A stretch of DNA of 64,000 nt from Alphaproteobacteria bacterium (GTDB taxonomy: Bacteria; Pseudomonadota; Alphaproteobacteria; UBA828): the NCBI GenBank assembly GCA_963667785.2, contig CAXXMU010000001.1, positions 960,001-1,024,000 on the forward strand, in the 5' to 3' direction. This document shows positions 56,725-64,000 of the stretch, in pieces. The notes beneath the pieces are model-generated. The model was not told the origin of the DNA, did no database searches, and worked only from the letters and a program-made list of their open reading frames with translations. Position 1 is the first letter of the stretch. Each line of letters opens with the position of its first letter. Made by a program: the position numbers and the translations under genes.

Positions 56725-57912
56725 CTAGCCGGCCGGCTCGGTGCGCATGTGGGGCGGCATCCAGCGCACCTGGTCCTCGGTGCCGTAAGCCAAGAACTCG
56801 GACGGCTTGCGCCGCTGCTTCAGCATCCAGGGGTGCAGGACCGGCATGTTGTAGTAGAACCGCGCCGCCCAGTGGGGCCAGAGAATGAGCGGCCAGGTGA
56901 TCGTCGACCAGAGCTGCGTGTGCTCCGAGATCGGCCGCTGGCGCTCTTCCCAGTGGTTCAGAACCCGGTCAATGTCGTCGGATTCGCGCAGCATGTTGGC
57001 GAGCGAGAGGGCGTTGGAGATCGCGGTGCCGCAGCCCTGGCCGAGCCCCGGCGACATGGCATGGGCCGAATCGCCCACGATGGCGACACGGCCCTTGCTC
57101 CAGGCCTTGAGCTTGATCGTCTCGAAGCGGTCGTAGCGGCCCTCGTCCGGGACCCGCTCGATCATGGAGGCGAGGTGCGGGAAGGCCTCGGTCCAGAGTG
57201 ACTTCGGCAAGGGCAGCCGCGATGCCTCGGTATCGCGCGCGAGCATGATGAACGCCAGATAGAAGACCTCGCGCGTGCACGGCGTGTAGAGCACCCGGCG
57301 ATAGCCGTTCCACCACTCGCGGATGGTGCGGCCCTCCTCGGTGTCGGCATAGCCCGGCTCGTGCGGCACGAGGACGCGGATGGCGCCGTCCACGTGGGGC
57401 TTGCGGCTCTTCAGCAGGCCGAGAGAATCGCGCACCTTGGAGTTGATCCCGTCGGCAGCGATGACGAGGTCCGCCGGCCACTCGCGCCCGTCCTCGGTAA
57501 CGAGCGTGCCCTCCGGCCGCGCCGCGCTCGCCGTCGAGCTGGTCACGATCTCGACGCCCGCCCGCTCCGCTGCGCCCAGGATCGCAGCGAGGAGCTGCTG
57601 GCGGGTGATGCAGAACATGCGCGAGCGGTCGGTGCTGGTGATGGGCGCAAACGGCACCTCGTCGATGAAGCGGCCCCTGGCGTCGCGGCTGATGTAGGTG
57701 GGCGCCTCGGTGCAGCCCTCCAGCGCCTCGTCGGCGGCGCCGATGGCCTTCAGCACGCGCACGCCGTTGTCCCAGATCCAGATGCCGGCACCGAAGGCGC
57801 GGATCTCCGGCGTGCGCTCGTGGACGCGCACGCTCCAGCCGGCCTGGGCCAGCGCCGCGCCCATGGTGAGCCCGGTGAAGCCGCCGCCGGCGATCTCCGC
57901 GTGTCGCGCCAT
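56725..57912 (-). CDS. FAD-dependent monooxygenase, MHPCO-like (copy B)
   Basis: IAGGGFTGL, RAFGAGI, ADGINSKVRDS, VGDSAHAM.P..GQG; GGAGG RBS. Confidence 0.88.
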   Translation of the reverse strand: MARHAEIAGGGFTGLTMGAALAQAGWSVRVHERTPEIRAFGAGIWIWDNGVRVLKAIGAADEALEGCTEAPTYISRDARGRFIDEVPFAPITSTDRSRMFCITRQQLLAAILGAAERAGVEIVTSSTASAARPEGTLVTEDGREWPADLVIAADGINSKVRDSLGLLKSRKPHVDGAIRVLVPHEPGYADTEEGRTIREWWNGYRRVLYTPCTREVFYLAFIMLARDTEASRLPLPKSLWTEAFPHLASMIERVPDEGRYDRFETIKLKAWSKGRVAIVGDSAHAMSPGLGQGCGTAISNALSLANMLRESDDIDRVLNHWEERQRPISEHTQLWSTITWPLILWPHWAARFYYNMPVLHPWMLKQRRKPSEFLAYGTEDQVRWMPPHMRTEPAG

Positions 57913-57935
57913 GCCCTCCTCGCGCCGAGCCCCGT

Positions 57936-59129
57936 CTACGCGGCGGCCTCGGCCTCGCTGCGCATGTGGGGCGGCATCCAGCGCACCTGGTCCTCGGTGC
58001 CGTAGGCGTAGAACTCCGACGGTTTGCGCCGCTGCTTCAGCACCCAGGGATGCAGGATCGGCATGTTGTAGTACATGCGCGCCGCCCAGTGCGGCCAGAG
58101 GGTGAGCGGCCAGGTGATGGTCGACCAGAGTTGGGTGTGTTCGGAGATCGACCGTTGGCGGGCTTCCCACCGCGCGAGCACGCGCTCGATATCGTCGGAC
58201 TCGCGCAGCATGTTGACGAGGGAGAGGGCGTTGGAGATCGCCGTGCCGCAGCCCTGGCCGAGCCCCGGCGACATGGCGTGGGCCGAATCGCCCACGATGG
58301 CGACGCGGCCCTTGCTCCAGGCCTTGAGCTTGATGGTCTCGAAGCGGTCGTAGCGGCCCTCGTCCGGCACCCGGTCGATCATCGACTTGAGGTGCGGAAA
58401 GGCCTCGGTCCAGACCGCCCGCGGCAGGGGAATCTGGGCCGCCGCCGCATCGCTCGCGAGCATGGTGAAGCAGAGGTAGAAGACGTCGCGGTTGCAGGGC
58501 GTATAGAGCACCCGCCGATAGCCGCTCCACCACTCGCGGATGGTGCGGCCCTCCTCGGTGTCGGCGTAGCCCGGCTCGTGCGGCACGAGGACGCGGATGG
58601 CGCCGTCCACGTGGGGCTTGCGGCTCTTCAGCAGGCCGAGCGAATCCCGCACCTTGGAGTTGATCCCGTCGGCGGCGATGACGAGGTCCGCCGGCCACTC
58701 GCGCCCGCCCTCGGTGATGAGAGTGCCGTCGGCCTTCGCGCCTGTCGCGTGCGAATCGGTGATGATCTCGACGCCCGCGCGCTCCGCCGCGCCGAAGATC
58801 GCGGCGAGAAGCTGCTGGCGGGTGATGCAGAACATGCGCGATTGATCGGTGCTGGTGATGGGCGCGAAGGGCATCTCGTCGATGAAGCGGCCCCTGGCGT
58901 CGCGGCTGATATAGGTCGGCGCCTCGGTGCAGCCTTCCAGCGCCTCGTCGGCGGCGCCGATCGCCTTCAGCACGCGCACCCCGTTGTCCCAGATCCAGAT
59001 GCCGGCGCCGAAGGCGCGGATCTCCTCCGTGCGCTCGTGCACCCGTGCGGTCCAGCCGGCCTGGGCGAGCGCCGCGCCCATGGTGAGCCCGGTGAAGCCG
59101 CCGCCGGCGATCTCGACATGTCGCGTCAT
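57936..59129 (-). CDS. FAD-dependent monooxygenase, MHPCO-like (copy A)
   Basis: Same motifs; near-identical tandem paralog of copy B. Confidence 0.88.
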   Translation of the reverse strand: MTRHVEIAGGGFTGLTMGAALAQAGWTARVHERTEEIRAFGAGIWIWDNGVRVLKAIGAADEALEGCTEAPTYISRDARGRFIDEMPFAPITSTDQSRMFCITRQQLLAAIFGAAERAGVEIITDSHATGAKADGTLITEGGREWPADLVIAADGINSKVRDSLGLLKSRKPHVDGAIRVLVPHEPGYADTEEGRTIREWWSGYRRVLYTPCNRDVFYLCFTMLASDAAAAQIPLPRAVWTEAFPHLKSMIDRVPDEGRYDRFETIKLKAWSKGRVAIVGDSAHAMSPGLGQGCGTAISNALSLVNMLRESDDIERVLARWEARQRSISEHTQLWSTITWPLTLWPHWAARMYYNMPILHPWVLKQRRKPSEFYAYGTEDQVRWMPPHMRSEAEAAA

Positions 59130-59175
59130 GGTCGTCCCGTTTGCTTGGCTCGTCGTCTCGTTGCGCCCGGCCGGA

Positions 59176-60906
59176 CTATACCCGGACGCAGTCGAGCAGG
59201 TGCTGGGTATAGGGGTGGCGGGGGGTGTCGAACAGGCGATCGGTCTCGTTGATCTCGACGATCCGCCCTGCCTGCATCACCGCCACCGTGTCGCAATAGT
59301 GCGCGGCGATGCCGAGGTCGCCGGTGATGAGGAGGCGCGCCGTGCCGGCGTCCTCGGCAAGCGTGCGGGTGAGGTCGAGCACCTGGCGCTGGATCGTCAC
59401 GTCGAGCCCGGCGGTGGGCTCGTCCGCGATGAGCAGCTTGGGGTGGTACATCAGCGCCATGGCGAGGCAGACCCGCTGGGCCATGCCGCCGCTCAGCTCG
59501 TGGGGGAAGGCGTTCAGCCGCTGCGCCGGGTCGACGATGCCCACCATCTCCAGGAGCTGGATCGCGCGCGCCTCGGCGTCCTTCGCCCTGATCTTCTCAT
59601 GGGCCTGCAGCGCGCTGCGCAGCATGTCGCCGACGCTGGTGAGCGGATTGAGCTGCGACTTCGCGTTGGGCAGGATTGCCGCGATCTGCGTCGTGCGCAT
59701 CGCCCGCATGGAGCGCTTGTCGATCCCGAGCAGCTCGCGGTCGAGGTAGCGCACGGAGCCCGAGGTGACGGCGAGCTCCGGGGGCAGGAGCTGCAGCAGC
59801 GCCTTCACCAGAACCGACTTGCCCGAGCCGGATTCGCCCACGATCCCCATACTGTGACCGGCCTCGAGCGCAAGATGGATTTCGCTCAGCAGCGGCTGGC
59901 GCGAGTCGACGGCGACGACACCCAGGTGCTCCACCGCGAGCACCGGTTCGCTCATGTGAGAGAGGGCGAGGGTTGGGGCCTCGGGCACCTCGGGCTCGTC
60001 GCCGCCCGTCTCCAGCGCGGCCTCCCGGCGGCGGTCGGTCTCGCGCCTGACCGCGCGCGGCTCCATAACCTGGGTCATGATCTCGCCGAAGATGCCGAAG
60101 GAGAAGACGATCAGGCCGAGCGCGATGCCGGGGAAGAACGCGGCCCACCACTGCCCGATCTCCAGGTACTTGGCGCCCGAGGCGATCATGGCGCCGAGCT
60201 CGGGCGTCGGCGGCTTGACGCCTGCGCCGACGAAGCTGAGCCCCGCCGTGAGCAGGATGGCGAAGCCCACCGTGACCGAGACTTGCACGATGACCGTCGG
60301 CAGCGCGTTGGGCAGCACGTGGCGGAAGCCGATGCGCACCTCGCGGTTGCCGGCGGCACGCGCGGCCTCGGCGAAGGGCCGCTGCACCAGCGAGAGCACG
60401 TCCGAGCGCACGATGCGCACGAAGACCGGCGTGTTCACGAAGGCGATGGCGATGATGATGTTGGTGACGCTGCCGCCGAAGACCGCGACCAGCACCATCG
60501 CGAAGACGAACACGGGGAAGGACTGGATCACCTCCAGCAGGCGCATGAAGGTCTCGGCGAACGCCGTCGAACCCGCGCCGCCCCGGCTCTCGTAGAGCGC
60601 CACGATGACGCCGAGCGGCGTGCCGATGACGACCGAGAGCGCGGTGGCGACGACGCCGATCACCACATCGGTGCGGGGCGCCGCCAGCACGCGGGAGAAG
60701 ATGTCGATCCCGTTCTCGTCGGTGCCGAAGGGATACGTGCCGCTGGGCGGCAGCAGGCGGGTGGTGGGTTCGGCGACCTCGGTGGCGAAGGGCGCGAGAT
60801 AGGGGCCGAAGATGGTGAGGAAGATCCACCCGAAGAACATCACCAGCACGGCGAGCTGCCACTTGGGCAGCGCCCTGAGCGTGCGCATGATGCGGAGCCA
60901 GACCAT
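59176..60906 (-). CDS. Dpp/Opp ABC transporter permease fused to an ATP-binding domain
   Basis: FGTDENG.DIFSRV, EAARAAG, RHVLPN; then GESGSGKS, LSGGMAQR, IADEPT. Confidence 0.9.
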   Translation of the reverse strand: MVWLRIMRTLRALPKWQLAVLVMFFGWIFLTIFGPYLAPFATEVAEPTTRLLPPSGTYPFGTDENGIDIFSRVLAAPRTDVVIGVVATALSVVIGTPLGVIVALYESRGGAGSTAFAETFMRLLEVIQSFPVFVFAMVLVAVFGGSVTNIIIAIAFVNTPVFVRIVRSDVLSLVQRPFAEAARAAGNREVRIGFRHVLPNALPTVIVQVSVTVGFAILLTAGLSFVGAGVKPPTPELGAMIASGAKYLEIGQWWAAFFPGIALGLIVFSFGIFGEIMTQVMEPRAVRRETDRRREAALETGGDEPEVPEAPTLALSHMSEPVLAVEHLGVVAVDSRQPLLSEIHLALEAGHSMGIVGESGSGKSVLVKALLQLLPPELAVTSGSVRYLDRELLGIDKRSMRAMRTTQIAAILPNAKSQLNPLTSVGDMLRSALQAHEKIRAKDAEARAIQLLEMVGIVDPAQRLNAFPHELSGGMAQRVCLAMALMYHPKLLIADEPTAGLDVTIQRQVLDLTRTLAEDAGTARLLITGDLGIAAHYCDTVAVMQAGRIVEINETDRLFDTPRHPYTQHLLDCVRV

Positions 60907-60921
60907 CGCCCGCCGCCGCCT

Positions 60922-61977
60922 CTAGGCCTCGGTCCCGCCGATCTTGATGCGGGGGTCCATCGCGAAGTGGATCAGGTCCACGGCGAGATAGACCAGCATC
61001 GTGAAGATCGCGGCGAAGCAGACGAAGCCCTGGATCGGGGCATAGTCGGCGGTGACGATGCCGTTGATCGCGTACTGGCCGAGCCCGACGTAGTTGAACA
61101 CCCGCTCCACCAGCACCGCGCCGCCCAGCAGGAACATCACGACGACGCCGGTGATCACCAGAGTCGGGCCGGCGGCGACCCGGGCCGCGCGCGTGAGCAC
61201 GATCCGAGGCGCCAGCCCCACGGCCTCCGCGTAGGTCGTGTAGTCGGCCTTGAGCGCGCCTTCCATCTGGCTGCGCAGCATCTTGAAGATCGGCGCGCCG
61301 TAGACGAAGGCCAGCGTGAAGACCGGCATGATCAGGTGCATGAAGCCCGACCAGAAGATCTCCATGTCGCCCGCGACCAGCGAGTCGATGAGGATCGAGC
61401 CGGTCACGAAGGGCGGCTCGAAATCGAGGATGCCGAGCCTGCCCTCCGGCCCCGGCAGGATCTCGGCCGGCATCAGCCCGGCGGCGCCGGCGAAGAGGAA
61501 GAAGATCAGCACCAGGCCGAGCAGGAAGTCGGGCAAGGCGCCGGCCAGCATGCCGTAGCCGAAGGTGATGTTCTGGAACACCCGCACGATCAGGTTCCGT
61601 GTGCGGCTCGCGGTGATGATCGCGAGCGGGACCAGAACCAGAAAGACCACGAACAGCGCGAGGAAGATGAGTTCCAGGGTCACCGGAATGCGGTGAACCA
61701 GATCGTCGATCACCTGCGTGTTGTTGACCCAGGATTCGCCGAGATCGCCCTGAAAGGCGTTCTCCAGCCAGATCACGTACTGCTCGGGGATCGGCCGGTC
61801 GAGATACATCTTCGCGCGCAGCGCCTCGACCGAGGATTCCGGCGCGAGCGGGCCTAACGAGAGCCGCGCCGGATCGCCCGGCAGCAGGCGCACCAGCACG
61901 AAGGTGATGAACGAGATCAGAAAGACCTGAGGAATCAGGAAGAGGAAGCGGCGCCCGATATAGAGGGCAAGACGCAT
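60922..61977 (-). CDS. Dpp/Opp ABC permease (DppB-like)
   Basis: LPGDPA, LDRP..EQY..W, GDLGES, GAVLVERVF..GLG, MDPRI. Confidence 0.92.
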   Translation of the reverse strand: MRLALYIGRRFLFLIPQVFLISFITFVLVRLLPGDPARLSLGPLAPESSVEALRAKMYLDRPIPEQYVIWLENAFQGDLGESWVNNTQVIDDLVHRIPVTLELIFLALFVVFLVLVPLAIITASRTRNLIVRVFQNITFGYGMLAGALPDFLLGLVLIFFLFAGAAGLMPAEILPGPEGRLGILDFEPPFVTGSILIDSLVAGDMEIFWSGFMHLIMPVFTLAFVYGAPIFKMLRSQMEGALKADYTTYAEAVGLAPRIVLTRAARVAAGPTLVITGVVVMFLLGGAVLVERVFNYVGLGQYAINGIVTADYAPIQGFVCFAAIFTMLVYLAVDLIHFAMDPRIKIGGTEA

Positions 61978-62068
61978 GGCCCGTCCCGCTCAGGTCGCCG
62001 TGCCGCGCCCGGCACGGCGGGCGCACACATGCGCCGGCGACGCCGGGGCAGCAGGCGGGCATGAAAGT

Positions 62069-62097
62069 CGGGGCGGCGGGGGAAGCCCGCCGCCCCG
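62069..62097 (-). terminator. 12-bp GC hairpin after the solute-binding protein gene
   Basis: CGGGGCGGCGGG-GGAAG-CCCGCCGCCCCG; only a weak U-tract, so it may be an mRNA stabiliser. Confidence 0.5.
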
Positions 62098-62148
62098 GCC
62101 CGGCGCCGTCATGGCGCTCGTCCCGAGGGACGCTCTACAGTCTCGCCG

Positions 62149-63816
62149 TCAGTCGGCGATGCTCATTTCCGCCACGTGGTAGTACTGCGTCGTGTACCAG
62201 CGGAAGTTGCTGACCTTGCGCGAGAGGCCGACGGCGAAATAGTGCTCGCCGATCCAGCCCAGCGGGGCGAGGTCGTGGATGTACTCCTGGATTCCGGCGT
62301 GCGCAGCGATGCGCGCCTCCGCGTCCACTACGCCCTGGCCATCCTGCAGCACCTGGTCGACCTTCGCGTCGGAGAAGTTGTGGTAGTTGACCAGCGCGTT
62401 GGTCGGCCACACCAGCTTCAGCGCGTAGTTGATGTCGGGCTGGATGGGCATGTCCGTCCACAGCGCGAGCGAGCCCTGCTTGCTCATCACGTTGTCAGAG
62501 TTCGCGGCGGTCGGCAGCTTCCTCAGCGAGAGATTGATGCCGGCCTTCTTGAAGTCGCTCTGCAGCAGGACGCCGATCGACTCCATCGCCGAAACGGCCG
62601 CGTCGAACGAGAGCTCGGCGTCGAAGCCGTCGGGATAGCCGGCCTCGGCGAGCAGCGCCTTGGCCTTCTCCGGGTTGAAGTCGTACTTGAGGTGCTCCTC
62701 ATAGCCCGGATAGGTGCTCGGCATCACGCCCTGCCACGCATTCATCATGCCGTGGTAGATGTCGCGGATGATCGCCTCCTGGTTGATGAGGTGATTCATC
62801 GCCTGGCGCACCTTCACGTCGTCGTAGGGCGGCAGCGTGTTGTTGATCATCATCCACATGGACTGGTTGCCGCGCACGGCGACGCCCCGCGCATTCGCAT
62901 CGTCGGCCAGCGCCACGATCTCGTCCGGCGACAACCCCTCGGCCATGTGCACCTTGCCCTGCTTGAGCAGGGCCACGCGGTTGGCCGATTCCGGCACCAC
63001 CAGATAAATGATCCGCTTGATCTCCGGCGCGCCGCGCCAGTAGTCCTCGTTGGCCTCCATGACGACCCGCTTGCCGGCGGTCCACTCGGTCACCCGGTAG
63101 CCGCCGAAGCCGCCGCCGTTGGTCGCGACCCACTTGTCGCCCCAGGGGTCCTCCTCGGTGGCGTGCTTCATGATCTCGGTGGAGTCGAGCCAAGCGTTGT
63201 AGTAGTTGGTCAGCCCCTTGCAGGCGAGTGGCATGGGCCGCGACGAGGTCAGCTCGACCGTGTAGTCGTCGATCTTGGCGTAGCCCCCGCTCTCCGGCGG
63301 GTCGATGGTCTGGCCCGGCATGCTGAGCAGGAACTCGAGGAAATTGTTGATCGCCTGCGTGGCCTTGCCGCGCTCGATCCGCCAGAGCACGTCGTCGGCG
63401 GTGAACTCGTTGCCCCAGGGCGAGATCACGCCCTTGCGCAGGTGATAGACGGCGCGCAGGCCGTCCGGCTGCATCTCGCACTTCTCGATGATGCCCGGCA
63501 CCAGGGTCTTCTGACCCATGTAGTCGGGATACTTGAAACCGGGGATCGTGGAGGGGTCCCAGGCGTCGCCCGTCGAGAAGGGGAAGTCGATCGACTCCCA
63601 GTTCATCCCATCCTCGAACACCTGCGCGCCCATGCTCCAGGTCTGTGGGCTCACGTGCTTGTCGAGGTCGATACCCTGCGGCAGGGCGCCGATGGCGATC
63701 ACCATCGTGTCCTGATTCGCGGATGCGGTCTTCGGCGGTGCCGCCACCACCAGCGCGGCGAGCGCTGCTGTGGCCGCGACCGCGAGGCCGCGTCTCGTGA
63801 TGTCACCCAAGGTCAT
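62149..63816 (-). CDS. Family 5 ABC solute-binding protein
   Basis: Tat-like TRR signal, GNEFTADDV, ANEDYWRGAP, KVRQAM, KAKALLAEAGYPDGF. Confidence 0.92.
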   Translation of the reverse strand: MTLGDITRRGLAVAATAALAALVVAAPPKTASANQDTMVIAIGALPQGIDLDKHVSPQTWSMGAQVFEDGMNWESIDFPFSTGDAWDPSTIPGFKYPDYMGQKTLVPGIIEKCEMQPDGLRAVYHLRKGVISPWGNEFTADDVLWRIERGKATQAINNFLEFLLSMPGQTIDPPESGGYAKIDDYTVELTSSRPMPLACKGLTNYYNAWLDSTEIMKHATEEDPWGDKWVATNGGGFGGYRVTEWTAGKRVVMEANEDYWRGAPEIKRIIYLVVPESANRVALLKQGKVHMAEGLSPDEIVALADDANARGVAVRGNQSMWMMINNTLPPYDDVKVRQAMNHLINQEAIIRDIYHGMMNAWQGVMPSTYPGYEEHLKYDFNPEKAKALLAEAGYPDGFDAELSFDAAVSAMESIGVLLQSDFKKAGINLSLRKLPTAANSDNVMSKQGSLALWTDMPIQPDINYALKLVWPTNALVNYHNFSDAKVDQVLQDGQGVVDAEARIAAHAGIQEYIHDLAPLGWIGEHYFAVGLSRKVSNFRWYTTQYYHVAEMSIAD

Positions 63817-63908
63817 GTCGTCTCTCCCTCAGTCTCCCTCTGCGCCGCAGGATCAGCCGCCGCGCACCGGCGCGCGCGTCGCGGATCGCGGCGGCATTCT
63901 AAAAGAAA

Positions 63909-63917
63909 ATTATAACA
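63909..63917 (-). promoter_or_regulatory. Extended -10 promoter element for the ABC operon
   Basis: TGTTATAAT on the minus strand in an AT-rich patch about 90 bp upstream of the SBP start. Confidence 0.45.
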
Positions 63918-64000
63918 ATCGCTCGTTCAAATTTGCCGGGCGGCAGCATCCGCCGAGTCCGCCCCGCCGCCGCGCCCGTCGCCCCGCTATGTCAGGCTGC

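Overview
High-GC DNA, probably proteobacterial. About 1-49.6 kb is an apparently integrated conjugative element (ICE) that likely continues left of the window. It has an F/R388-type oriT nick motif (414/415), a RHH gene, a MOB_F TrwC-like relaxase-helicase, TraD, a candidate entry-exclusion gene and an F-type T4SS operon (traA-L-E-K-B-V-C, degenerate HD gene, trbI, trhF, traW, ssb, traU, trbC, traN-F-H-G). A prophage-like switch (S24/CI repressor divergent from a Cro-like/excisionase fusion) precedes the operon. The cargo (26-47 kb) is mostly surface proteins: a 2959-aa autotransporter-like adhesin coupled to an ORF carrying a (GAGCC)23 repeat, a LuxR-type regulator, a frameshifted adhesin paralog, and TbpB-barrel-like lipoproteins in a decayed duplication. 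Four copies of the palindrome CCTKCAAWATTGAAGG punctuate the cargo. Two tandem 399-aa tyrosine integrases close the element. A 24-bp palindromic mini-repeat sits in-frame in five genes plus twice in ssb. From 49.9 kb the DNA looks like host chromosome: OsmC, TrpF, an LLM monooxygenase, a persulfide dioxygenase-rhodanese fusion, a methyltransferase, a transketolase/PDH-E1-like enzyme, two MHPCO-like monooxygenases and a Dpp/Opp ABC transporter. All family calls are from motif recognition by eye; no database search was run.
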